A DNA stretch of 64,000 bases from Haliotis rufescens (Eukaryota): assembly GCF_023055435.1 (NCBI RefSeq), contig NW_025963891.1, positions 11,780,001 to 11,844,000 of the forward strand, given 5' to 3'. The translations under genes were made by a program, and so were the position numbers. Below, piece by piece: positions 13,512 through 25,170 of the stretch; the stretch's first letter is position 1, and each line of letters opens with the position of its first letter. The notes under the pieces are model-generated. The model made no database searches, was not told where the DNA came from, and worked only from the letters and a program-made list of their open reading frames with translations.

Positions 13512-13576
13512 CGACAAAACTATTAAGGAATGACGATAAAGCAACAGCCATGGACTTGTCCCTTGGATGCACTATT
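13512..13576 (-). CDS. SLCO/OATP copy B, coding exon 8
   Basis: 65 nt, phase 2/1, IVHPRDKSMAVALSSFLNSFV, GTAAG donor. Confidence 0.92.
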
Positions 13577-14281
13577 CTTTAAGGGAATGAAAAAATCAAA
13601 TTCAGTCAAAATAATATAGCTAACAATACAAGATAATGAACTAAAAATGACATAAGGGAAACGAAATCACTTAACTGAATTGCGTTGACAACATACCCCG
13701 TCGTAAATCAAAGCTACAACAATAATTTCCATAATCATAGGACATTTCTGTGAGTCCGTTGTACGATTCCGATAAGCATGTGTTCATGAATCAGTACCAA
13801 ATAGTGATGATAACAGGTGTTCGCGAAAAGGTGACAGTACCCTGCCCCATTCTTGACATAAATCATAAATTATGACATGTTGTTGATATAACAATATCCA
13901 TTTATTTGCCATATACGAGATAAATAGCAAGAAACAGCGAGTTTGTATACCTTACCAAACCTTTCAAGGAATCAATGCGGCATAAAAATGGGACGTTTAA
14001 CCAAGTGCTGATAACACCGAAATCTACTCGGAATATCAGTGCTGACGTATGTTTAACTTTGCAATCCAGTACACATCGATAAAAAAAATGAGAATTTATT
14101 TTGTACACAATATATAATCATTCTGTATATACGTGGTGATAGGGTATTCCTAACCCTTTCATAGCAACAATCACTTATGGAACACGAATCTCCTATTAAG
14201 AGTTCGTTCCATAGCTTATTGTTATGGAGCAATCTGCACCTTATATTGGAACAGGTATACTGTCTTTATATATCTTATATT

Positions 14282-14530
14282 GACCCGTGAAGATCCGGGG
14301 TAGAATAGGTTTTCAGCAACCGATAATTGCCGTAAAAGGCGACTATGCTTGTCGTAAGAGGTGACTAACGGGGTCGGGTGGTCAGGATCGCTGACTCGGT
14401 TGATGCATGTCATCGTATCCCAATTGCGTGGATCGATGCTCATGATGTCAATCACTGGATTGTCTGGACCAGACCCGATCATTTATAGACCGCCGTCATA
14501 TACCTGGAATGCGGCGTTAAACAACGAAAA
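14282..14530 (+). mobile_element. Family-2 non-tRNA retroposon, full length
   Basis: GACCCGTGAAGATCCGGGGTAGAATAGG head and GCGGCGTTAAACAAC tail. Confidence 0.9.
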
Positions 14531-14589
14531 TAAATGAAATGAAATGGAGCAAAGCAAAACTATTATGGACATTTGTTAAAAGCACCTAC

Positions 14590-14744
14590 TTCATGATGGT
14601 CATGACGACAGGGACTAAGGAAACTGTTGCCGCCAGGCCGGACGCCAGGTCAACAATGATGTAGGGGTAAAGGTAGGGACACTCTGTCGGACACCTGCCC
14701 GCTGTGCCCTCGTCACCAGGAATCTCACTACATCCCGTGTATGT
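14590..14744 (-). CDS. SLCO/OATP copy B, coding exon 7 (copy 7b, intact splice sites)
   Basis: TTTCAG acceptor, AA|GTAGGT donor, 155 nt, phase 0/2, which fits exons 6 and 8. Confidence 0.9.
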
Positions 14745-14821
14745 CTGAAATGTTCGTAAAATAGTGAGTGAGGTTGGTTTATCGCTGCTTTTATCAATAT
14801 GAAACATTTTATTGAACCTTC

Positions 14822-14976
14822 TTGATGATGGTCATGAGAATAGGAACAATGGAGACAGTCCCCGCCAGGCCGGACGCCAGGTCAACGATGATGTAGGGGT
14901 AAAGGTAGGGACACTCTGTCAGACACCTGCCCGCTGTGCCCTCGTCACCAGGAATCTCACTACATCCCGTGTATGT
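14822..14976 (-). other. Duplicated exon 7 (copy 7a) with donor changed from GTAGGT to GAAGGT
   Basis: 155-nt open copy of exon 7 with an intact CAG acceptor, lying 77 nt upstream of 7b. Confidence 0.85.
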
Positions 14977-15162
14977 CTGATATTAAACTAGTGTACAATA
15001 CATACATAAATACCAATAAATACCATTTGACGATATGCAAGCAGATAACTGTTTTGAAGAAAAGCTAAACAGTAATTACAAATAGTGGCATCAGGGCATT
15101 ACTCGTATTTAACTGTGAATGATCTGGGACACTTATGAAATGGGGTACCTACGAGACATTTT

Positions 15163-15573
15163 CGTGAGATACTTACAGTGTCATTCTGAAACTGACACCC
15201 CGCTATACCAGGACTGGGGTACCCACAGTGCCAATCTGAGACTGGCGTCCTGCCATACAGGGAGCCACACAGGGAGTGAGATACTTACAGTGCCATTCTG
15301 AGACTGACATCCTGCCATACAGGGAGCCACACAGTGAGTGAGATACTTACAGTGCCATTCTGAGACCGGCATCCCGCCATACAGGGAGCCACACAGGGAG
15401 TGAGATACTTACAGTGCCATTCTGAGACTGACATCCTGCCATACAGGGAGCCACACAGTGAGTGAGATACTTACAGTGCCATTCTGAGACTGACATCCTG
15501 CCATACAGGGAGACACACAGGGAGTGAGATACTTACAGTGCCATTCTGAGACTGACATCCTGCCATACAGGGA
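15163..15573. repeat. 62-bp tandem repeat made of the exon 6 3' end plus splice donor
   Basis: ACTTAC (minus-strand GTAAGT) recurs at 15283, 15345, 15407, 15469 and 15531, with a degenerate copy at 15171. Confidence 0.92.
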
Positions 15574-15660
15574 TTGATATATGTCACGCCGTCAACTCCA
15601 CACAGAGGCATGAACTCAGTTGCATCACAGTTGCAAACGGTATCGTTGACCATGGCGTTT
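15537..15660 (-). CDS. SLCO/OATP copy B, coding exon 6 (Kazal-like ECL5)
   Basis: 124 nt, phase 2/0; CNCDATEFMPLCGVDGVTYINPCMAGC. Confidence 0.93.
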
Positions 15661-16071
15661 CTGAAATATATCGGTAATGTAAAAGTCAGTCATACATGGA
15701 AGTGTCTTACGTGAATGATGTCAAGTGTTTCTGTTAGAATAATGAGACGATAATGTACAAACACATCACTCTTATTAATGATTCTTCTATTGTCTTTCAT
15801 GGCATGGCATAAAGGTCCTGGATGATATCAAGTTTTTCTCTATGAATAATGAGTCACGGTGATTACAAAACATCACGACATCACTCGTAAGATTGTCCTA
15901 TTGTTGCTCGTGACCAACTATCTATTGTCGTGTACAATAACGTCCGAATGTAGCATTGATTTCAAAACACCATTGTTGTATTGTGGTATTTACCTTTCCT
16001 AAAATGGGTTTTCAGCATTGTTTGAAACAATGGTCTAATTAATAAATAAAAACGACATAGACATTCTATTA

Positions 16072-16206
16072 AGCCTACGTGGTCTAACGTGGCGGAGCGT
16101 CTGCCTGAAGAGAGAAAGTTTGGGGGTTGGATCCCCGGCCGCGTCATCTCAACAGATGGAACTTGATGACATTAAGGGGCTAAAACAAGGACTGGTCGGC
16201 TCGGAC
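16072..16206 (+). mobile_element. Second tRNA-headed SINE family, degenerate
   Basis: TGGTCTAACGTGG...GGTTGGATCCCCGGCC head and AAGGACTGGTCGGCTCGGA body; a related minus-strand copy lies at 32500-32660. Confidence 0.6.
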
Positions 16207-16861
16207 TTTGATCCTTTCGCTATTTAAAAGTAAACATAAAGTATTTGTTGTGACTGTATTTCTCTATGACAGCAACTATTCAAATAGTTTATTACGTTTG
16301 GTAAAACGGTTTTGTTGTAGATGAGGAGATTTCCAAATTTGACGGATCAGTGATGACGAAAATGATGTCCGATGCAACTCGCTGTGTTGTTTTTACTTGT
16401 ACCATATGTCCTCATGTATCATCACTATTTGATAGTGATTCACAAAAACGTGCTCATCATGATCATAATCGTACAGTCCACTCTACTTTCATCAGAGTAT
16501 TCTTATGAATCAGGAATTATTTTGTCACTTATATTTTATTATTGATATTCATGCCAAGCCACTTACCTCGGTCGTGTTTTCTAAGTGAGATATTTGTTTG
16601 TTTGTAGTTTAACGCCGCACACAACGCTGCATGGAATCGTATCCGAATTGTGTAGATTGATGCTCATGATGCCAATGACTGGATTGTCTGGTCCATTGTC
16701 TGGACTCGATTATTTTCAGACCGCCGTCATTTAACTGGAATATTGCAGCGATAACAAACAAACACTCCTTTGGCTGTAATAAAAGCCATTGACTGTGTCC
16801 TCGACCATTGATGTTCCGTCCGTCACGGCTGACACATCTACTGTCACAATAAGCATCTATG

Positions 16862-17062
16862 TTGTGGTTATAACAACTGACACCTACCTGATGTCACCTG
16901 GACACACTAGTTATGACCACTGTCACTGTCACCTTAACCCTCCCCTGGTTATAACAACCGACACCTACCTGCTGTCACCTGGACACACTGTTTATGACCA
17001 CTGACACTGTCATCTTAACCATCCTCTGGTTGTAAATACTGTCACTTACCTGATGTCACCTA
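16862..17062. repeat. ~81-bp tandem repeat containing the exon 5 3' end and donor
   Basis: About 2.5 units, each with (C/T)TACCTG(A/C)TGTCACCT. Confidence 0.8.
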
Positions 17063-17239
17063 GGCCCTTGATGTTCTGGTTGTCACATCCTAAGACCAAC
17101 GTGACAGAATAGAGGACAGTTCCAATGGTGACCACTATGGTCGTGAGCTTCACACACCCAATGCTGGTCAGTTTGAGTCGGCTGGTGAGGATGCCCCCAA
17201 GTAGAGTGCCCACAACCGCCCATAGCAGCTCCAGTATAC
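17050..17239 (-). CDS. SLCO/OATP copy B, coding exon 5
   Basis: 190 nt, phase 1/2; GILELLWAVVGTLLGGILTSRLKL...LGCDNQNIKG. The acceptor (GTTGAAG) is weak, so the 5' boundary is less certain. Confidence 0.85.
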
Positions 17240-17609
17240 CTTCAACACGTGGCCATATGGAGCTTTGAATTTCGTTGAATACTGAATAATATATTTTTGT
17301 ATCCACTTTCAAACAGGCAGGTTATCCTGTTAATATACATTTACTGCAAAGTCTTTTAAATCTGTCTGCATCACATATGCAGACAATGAATCCGCCTCCA
17401 CTGGAAACAAATTGTGCGATCTCCTGCTTATGAGTAACCTTCAGACGTCTCCACCTTGATTCATTCACAGAGCTCGGGGAGATCATGAGGAGTCATGACA
17501 AGTGAATCTCAATAAACCTGAGTCACTAATGCACGCGATAAAAACATAATGGCAATAAAACCTTGTATATAACGTTTTTCTATGATAAGGTCGCATCATC
17601 GCAACTTAC

Positions 17610-17774
17610 CCAATATGAAGTTAGCTTCAGCTGCTGACGTTGCAAATTGGCTCTCAATGTATTTTGGAGCGAATCCTAAATAGCCTCCAACAAAGAACAG
17701 AGCACTAGCGGATCCAAAAAGGAGACAGTCGACTGCTGGGTTTTTCAATATCCGTAATATCGACCTCGGCATGT
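17610..17774 (-). CDS. SLCO/OATP copy B, coding exon 4
   Basis: 165 nt, phase 1/1; DMPRSILRILKNP...FAPKYIESQFATSAAEANFILG. Confidence 0.93.
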
Positions 17775-18202
17775 CTGCGGGTACAACAACATATCACAAA
17801 TTGGTACAGTCATCAGAACAAGAGAACATGTAGCTACCAACTTCTGGTCGGATATTCATGTATGGCGTTTCCGTTGAAGAAATTATTCAGCGAGTGACTG
17901 ATTGATGCAGACAGATATAGCTTATATCTTGTTGCGTGTGATGTTGTGCCAGCACTTGACGTTGAAGGATGATTGATAATGGAACCAACACTTGGAAAAG
18001 CTTTTCAGCATTGCCATAATGTCCATCAGTTTAATTATCACAGACTTATGTTTCCCATTTTATCACCATATGACACCCCTTGCATACAAGCAATCACCTT
18101 GGGTACTTGTTTCCCAAATGAGTATTTTTTCAAGCATGTTGCATTGTACCATACCGGGTGTATTGTATTTCTCGCACGCAAGAAAGTGAAACAGGGACTT
18201 AC

Positions 18203-18379
18203 CCACAATATCGTTTTTAAGTGACTTGGTCGTTTCAATGGCTTTGACTTTTGGTTTCTTAATGTGCTTTGGAAAGCAGCCCAAGGGTACAGCAACAAGG
18301 AGGGCTGCACATCCAAAGACAAGATACCCGAGCCACCATGCCCCGATCCACTGGGGGTTTCGGCTATCTACCTGGGACT
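18203..18379 (-). CDS. SLCO/OATP copy B, coding exon 3
   Basis: 177 nt; DSRNPQWIGAWWLGYL signature region. Confidence 0.94.
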
Positions 18380-18649
18380 CTTGAAGTAAAGACATACCAG
18401 TAATATATAGATTCTATTTAAAGGTCCGCGTTTGTATGGCTTAATGAACAATGATTTATAATACTATAGGGTATAGGTTTGTTAACTCCATTGGATAAAT
18501 AACCCATAATAATTCATTGTGTCTTTTTGTGTATTTTAATGTAAATTCTGTTTAGGTCATGTGCCATTATTCCCTATCAAATATTTATGTGAAGGAAGAT
18601 TGAATTGAGTTGCTTTTTGTTCACTATTTCCTGCCAGAACAAAACCCAC

Positions 18650-18736
18650 CGCTGAGGTCAACAGGAATGTCGCTGAACCATCCACCAAGACCAAGTGCAA
18701 CAGCTGGTCCGAGGAACGCCGCCGTCATAATGGTGC
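18650..18736 (-). CDS. SLCO/OATP copy B, coding exon 2
   Basis: 87 nt with canonical AG/GT sites. Confidence 0.93.
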
Positions 18737-18779
18737 CTGCAAAACCATGAACGCAAACATCATAGAAGAAGTACCTTAG

Positions 18780-18980
18780 CTACAGAACTTCCTCTACACA
18801 CTCAACTTTCTTTTCTGCATGCACTATTTTCTCCACATGCACAGCTTCCTCTACATGCACTACTTCCTCCACACTCACTACTTCCTCTACATGCACTACT
18901 TCCTCCACACTCACTTCTTCCCCTACATGCACTACTTCCTCCACACTCACTACTTCCTCGACATGCACTACTTCCTCTAT
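18780..18980. repeat. 18-bp minisatellite in SLCO-B intron 1
   Basis: (ATGCACTACTTCCTCYAC)n periodicity. Confidence 0.88.
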
Positions 18981-19491
18981 AGCTGAAGCATATCAAAGTG
19001 ATGTACAATAGAAAAAAATGACATAGTTTTTCAATAATTTTTCATATTACTGTACCTCACCACACATGTATATAAAATATTTATCTAAACTACAGATCCC
19101 CTGGCCTAATAATACATTGTTCTTTTGTGTAAGTTGTGAAAGGGTCCCGAGGCTTTCATTAATCAAACTTGATTCAAGCCACCCGATCCTTTTTTGTATT
19201 TCTGCCAGCTAATTATGTATGATTTATATCATACGAGCATTTAATAATCCAAATTACACAGAGAAATGACTCAAATTGCAGTGTCGACATCTAGGTTCGA
19301 AATGGAAAACTCGGCTCCTCTCGTTCTGATACATAGTGGCTTTGAATAATGACACAGCAACGTTGTCTCAGAACAATCCTAATGATTTTACAAATAACCA
19401 TGAACTTTTCTATTTCATAATGAATTAAAATATAAGTAATTCTCATTTCCGAAGTTTTCCTGTTTTCCACATGAAAGACTTCAGACCCTAC

Positions 19492-20083
19492 CTGTGAGTA
19501 AGCTCGACTGCTGTTTGTCACGGGAGTTATTGTCAACGTACGGTAAACCCAGGGAGAACCGTGGGGATTTACCCATCCCTTGTATCACCATAAGCACGGC
19601 AAGCACATTGTACACCCAATGTCCGTTGTCAGTCGCTTGGTCCTTCGTAGCTGGACATCGCTCATGTTCCTGCACGGAATCCTGACATAGTCTGACATTA
19701 TGAGAGGAATAGTTTGAGCCGAGGTCCTCTACACGAGGAAGCGATACAGGATTCATGAAGTGTAACAGACCCGACATTAAACTAGCAAGGCCATACACAG
19801 CCAGTGCGCAGGACAGGATCCTAGGTATAAAGCGCCTTCCCCCAAAATGACTGAAGAAAAAAATAGTTGAAAGATAACCGATTTCGTTGCAGCTTAGGAG
19901 AAGGCCACTTTTTGTACTGCTGAGTCCAAACTGCTTCTCCAAAGAGGTGATCTGAGACACAGTGTGGTACTTGACTGCCTCCAGCACCAGGGATGACACA
20001 CTGAACACGGCAGTGAACAAGAGGACGTTGTTGAAACACCGACGTCGGCGTCCTCTAGACTCAATCATGCCGCTGTACTCCAT
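19492..20083 (-). CDS. SLCO/OATP copy B, coding exon 1
   Basis: 592 nt. The nine exons sum to 1821 nt (606 aa plus stop) with all phases compatible. Confidence 0.94.
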
Positions 20084-20444
20084 GTTGATAATCTACTGCC
20101 TGATCAACAGATTAAAGGAAATATACGGGTGTTATTTAAAAATTGCAAAGCATTATTTGTTCTAAACAGGGTAAAAAAAATGTCAGCGTTTAATTACACT
20201 GGGTATCATTGTTGTGCGTTGTGAATTCATATGATACAAATTAACCACCTCATGTTCACTTGTTCAGGTATGTTTGATAGATTATGTGACTGTGACTGTT
20301 GAGATATATTGATCTCTCCGTTGTCTAACTTGACAGATAATAACTTAATATCAAGCTATTATAAACCTCCGGTGACGTCATCCTATTGTTCTCCAGTCGG
20401 GTTAAATCTCATAAACAGGGACGTTGTAATGTCCCTGGGATTTT

Positions 20445-20560
20445 ATATAATGTCCCTGGGATTTTATATAATATACCTGGGATTTATATACTTTAGGATA
20501 TTCAAGTCATATTTGCTATATAATGTGTTATAATATCCCAGGGATTTTGTATAATGTCGT
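20445..20560. repeat. ~21-bp minisatellite (AATGTCCCTGGGATTTTATAT)
   Basis: Three adjacent copies plus one nearby. Confidence 0.7.
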
Positions 20561-20854
20561 GTGTATTTTATTAATAAAACTTCCGTTCAGATTGTCACAT
20601 GTAATGAAATGTAAATCAAATGACAAATATTTTCTTTATATTCCCGAGGATCGAACGCGCAACCTTCGTATCTGTAGCCCAGTGAGTGTACCACTAGGTT
20701 AGAGAGGCGTTCATAAGTCGCACTGCTTTTTAGAATGTCCGTACGCCAGCAACAGATATTTTAAGCCCGTTTCTTAATGTTCATGGAAAGTATGTTCGAA
20801 ACATAAAAATGTTGATAAATGTTGTTTAAAGTTTCTCTTTTCGGTTTATAAGTA

Positions 20855-20965
20855 AGATAAAACACTCCCCCTCGGGTTGTTATGATATTTAAATCCCTTT
20901 CCCTCGGAATATTCCTTGGGAAGCGGGATTTAAATATCATAACAACCCTCGGACGTGTTTTATCC
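20855..20965. repeat. Fold-back palindromic element
   Basis: GGGTTGTTATGATATTTAAATCCC / GGGATTTAAATATCATAACAACCC is a perfect 24-bp inverted repeat inside longer arms. Confidence 0.9.
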
Positions 20966-21219
20966 TAATAGTATACATAACGTTGTATGAATCTTCACTG
21001 AAACGTCAATAAATGCAATAAACCAGAAGTTGTTATCCATAAAGTTGTATGTTTTATTATTTGCTCACCAACTTCCAGAAGGTAATTTAAACAGTTATAA
21101 GTGTATGCTGATCCGTCAGTTACACATTAGTCATCCACATTGAGTGGAATCTTTTCAAAAAGGGTGATCTTTCAGTTATACATTAGCATTGTGTGAAACT
21201 AGGGCCACTTTTAAAGTTC

Positions 21220-21365
21220 TTTGTTTGTTGTTTGTTTGTTGTTTAACGCCGCACTCTGCAATAGTCCAGCTATCTGTCGGCGGTTTGTAAATAATCGAGT
21301 CTGGACATGGCATTCCAGTGATTGACATCATGAGCATCGATCCACGCAATTGGGATACGATGAGA
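21220..21365 (-). mobile_element. Family-2 retroposon, 5'-truncated
   Basis: Reverse-complement match to the family 3' half and tail. Confidence 0.85.
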
Positions 21366-23539
21366 GGCATTAACCGCCTGACATGTAAATGTCTGAAAAA
21401 GAGGGCACCATCCTATGTTTCAGAAATGCTCCTCCCATACATCCCAAAAGGATCCCTACGATAAGAAAGCATCCATCTTCTGACAGATTTATTCAGTGTA
21501 GTCAAAGTTCAAAATACATGATACCATAATTATTGACAGAACGATGCAACAGTGCACACTCTGCAACCGACTCACACATGTATGTTTTAAGAACACCGTG
21601 TACATATGTATTAAATATGTACAACAGGTTTTGGTCTGATCCATCTTCCCTTTTCTGACATTTCCTCATTACAAACTCTCTGGACAGAGGTCTTTCAGCG
21701 TCATTCCGCCACAGGAGGTAGAATGGTCCTCCTTTGGAGATCAAGTTAGCTCCATCCTTCTGCTCTGTTAAGTCACAGCTCATCTTGTCCTAATTTTCAA
21801 CCCTTTATACTGCCACGGAGAGCTTTAAGCATGCACCTTGTGGATGGATTCCAGTTCATTTCAAATACATACACGGCTCCAAGTGCACTGTTGTAATCGT
21901 TCAGTTTATTATTAATTTTCGTTGTGTTCATTGAAATTCCTGCATTCTGAGTAGCTGAATTGGTCACGTGTTATTGCATTCATTTCCCAATGAATGTAAA
22001 AAATTAAGCTACTTTTATTACTACGGAAAGTCGAGGAATCCCAATATTACAGTCGAGGGAATTCCCCTCTGCTCACGTGTATCGTCATGCACAGGACATT
22101 AAGCGAAATATATGGATATTCATTGTCCAAAACAACTCTCGGAGGCCGAAGGCCGAGAAGGAATGAAACAGCAAAGGTGCAGGCTCGCTCGCCTGTTTTT
22201 TCCCGCTCGCCTCGTTTCCACAACTTTCATGTCTTCGGGTTTCATTTCGAATTAGCATTTTTCCAATTGTGTCTTCTTGTCCTAAGGAAACAATGTTTGA
22301 ATCTGGTGGTAAATGACCATGTCATTTGAAACAGCCGCCTTCTCCCGAACATATTTGTTCCGGTTCGTTACAGTCTGACTGTTGCAGTTCTTCTGGCCTC
22401 TTGACTTGATTGACAGGTCCTATAAACTTTGTTTTTATCATAGTCCTCGTTGATAGGCTACTGACTTTGTAGGCGTGTCAAGTTATGAGCATAAATTACA
22501 CAATCACCTGATTCATGTCAGGCCACAGTATGTATTCCTACACCCGGAATGTCATTTTTGCCTGCTTTGATATATACAACTGTTTTTGGTTAAATTATTG
22601 TAGATAACACATGTTTTCGTTGTCGAATTTAATTATAAGCATTGACTGTGTAATTTGTTTGGTTCATTGAGGTATGAATCGAAAAACCGATGTTCAAACA
22701 GTTGTAAGAATGTTCAGTTTGAAACACGGATTCTGAATCTCAAATACACAGTTTTTTAGCCACTTGTAACTCAGAAACCAGTGGTCCAATTTGGGCCAAA
22801 TTGTTTATGTGTATATATGTAGATCACTATTGTTGAGATAATTCAGATCAGATAACTCTTGTTCGTCTCCCAAACGGCATGTGACACAGTGAAAATTTGC
22901 AGGATGAATTAAGATCGGATGTTGCACATATCACGCTTCTTTGACAAAATTGACAAAACTATGCCCAATACAATTCCCTATTTTGACTTGCGGTATGTTT
23001 CCGTGTTTTTTTCATGTGAACATTTGACTTTCCTTTGCGTGTGTTTGTGGCGCGGACCGCCGGTAGGACGGAGTGCACTCACCTTTTCGCGAACATCTGG
23101 TGTCGTCACTGTTTGATGGTGTTCATGGTGCGGTCGGATTCGTGCAATCAACTCTGTTTTTGGCAGAGATTTGTGGCTATGGAATGAATTTGTCAGTTTT
23201 TAGTTTTCAAGGGTACATTTACAAAAGTAACAAAACGTCTCATGCAGTTAAGATACTGAAAGAAGCGCCACACAAATATACAATTAACCACCAAACACAA
23301 TCTTTCGATCGACACAAGAGCAACACACTGTCTTCCCACAAAGCTTTACTGCAGTGTGTATTTGATTTTATGAACCAGAAATGACCCGCGACCTCTCTGC
23401 TGTGTTTCAGAGATTCGTTTTCGTATGAAACCTGGATTCTGGCTTGAAATACACCTATAACTCCGATAGACTGGTCTTATATGTGGCATTAATTAATGTG
23501 TCACTTATACCTAGTTCTCATATTTAGATATAGTATTAT

Positions 23540-23830
23540 GAGTCCAAAAAGCTCTCCACGTGATTGCATGACAAGTGGGATGATTTCAGCTTTTCACAAG
23601 TAAACTTTACCTTTATGTCGAGCAACGGTTCAGCAGCTCCAGCCCTTGGTGTGTACATTAACACAACTTTTGAGGTACAATCGAACATGCTCTTTCAACG
23701 ACGATTTCAAAGAGCGTCAAACGACTGTTGCTCAAAAGTTGATTGATCAAGGAACACCATTCAAGGCCTCAGCAAAGCTTTCAAATCGTTTAATGATAGA
23801 CATGTGAAGGACATTTCCAAATTTGAGGCA
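23540..23830 (+). mobile_element. Degenerate Penelope-like (PLE) reverse transcriptase fragment
   Basis: LHDKWDDFSFSQVNFTFMSSN..AAPALGVY resembles the YDKRDDF..VNFP..SSN.P..PAYGVY motif of invertebrate PLE-type RTs (motif recall). Confidence 0.65.
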
Positions 23831-24734
23831 TCAATGACAAACATCATGTCCATTGCATTACTTATGAATATGGAAAGGGTTTGCCACTTTGATTTACATA
23901 TAATGGTTATGTTATATGAGGCCTTGTCATTGGGAACAACTACACACTTTTCATGGAGGGGACAGAATGGGTTTATTCCAATTTTGTTTTATCTTTTTCA
24001 GTTTGTGCATTTTGCCACTGACAACATCACGCACTGAATTAACAAACATATGCTTCGGCAGCACCCATAATGATTTTTGTTGTGATCCCAACTGGCAAGA
24101 GGTTGCTCACGATATTTTGGTCATATTTGAATAACTGACATGGTTGTCATTGTCAACAATAGAGAAGTCACCTATAATTATATGACAACTTGTTGGTAGC
24201 ATCTTTCGTATAGGGAAATTATACTGTTTCTGATTTCTGAAATTTGGAAAAGTGGAACAATTTGGGAAACATTCTTGTCATATAAATTTAAGGCATCAAA
24301 TACCTTGTTGGCAAATATCACATTCAGGAACATGCTGGTCTTTGTCCGATTTAGAGGAGTCTGTTTCATGTCAGTTGATCCCTCAAAGGCATTAAGTGAA
24401 GGTTACGTATATATCTCAGGCGAATCAGGATGAATTTTTCAAATAAATGGGTCATTCAATTGAAGTAATGTTGTTTCCGCAGGCTGGCCGACCACATATC
24501 AAATTGGTGGCTTACTACATACTTTCTCAGAAACAAGAGCGCACCCAATGGAAAGGTGCACATGGCGTACAACTGTTTTCTGATATTAAGGTAATATATA
24601 TGTTACGATTTGCTGAAGTTTAGTTTCTGATACGATTATTGAACCACAAACCCAATTAAATGTATGCTAATCATATGCAGATAAATGGGGTCTCACGGTT
24701 TTGTCCGATTTTGTCAAATTTGTTAAAATATATA

Positions 24735-25085
24735 TACTCTGCTAAAAAAGAAACGCAAATGTCATTTTAGATGTATATTTTATAGATCATATACATAATC
24801 AACAAATGGTAATCGATTGTTCAAATTTGGCACACCTAATTGATCCAGGTTCCTTGTCGCACATATGGAACAGTAGATTTTCAAGATGGAGATCATCTGT
24901 TCTCAATATTTTGTGTGGCCACCATTAGAATCCAAAACTGACTGGCATCGCTGTTCCATTGAAGCAGTCAGATCCCGAATGGCCGGGGAATGTCCACTCA
25001 CTCTGCCTGCAGTGCTTGTGACAACTGTCGGAGGTTCTGTGGTTGTTGCTGACGTACTCGCAGTCGTTGATCCAGAGCACCCCAT
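24735..25085 (-). mobile_element. Tc1-like transposon 3' end fragment
   Basis: TA+TACTCTGCTAAAAAAGAAACGCAAA terminal repeat; IRDLTASMEQRCQSVLDSNGGHTKY C-terminus. Confidence 0.8.
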
Positions 25086-25103
25086 AGAGACAAGGAGGGC
25101 CGT

Positions 25104-25104
<1 letters not shown>

Positions 25105-25154
<50 letters not shown>

Positions 25155-25170
25155 GTGCGTGCGTGTGTGT
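25105..25170. repeat. (GT)n microsatellite
   Basis: Seen directly. Confidence 0.95.

Noticed and set aside
14282-14385. Canonical HDV-like, pistol or hatchet ribozyme in the family-2 head
   Set aside because: There is partial resemblance, but the required P3/P1.1 nesting (HDV) and the conserved cores of pistol and hatchet could not be placed. Kept only as an unclassified candidate.
16567-16580. 14-nt microexon (TTAG|AAAACACGACCGAG|GTAAG) in SLCO-B intron 5
   Set aside because: It would shift the frame, and exons 5 and 6 already join in phase. At most a poison exon.
23900-24620. Possible minus-strand coding relic
   Set aside because: Many stops and no motif I can recognise.
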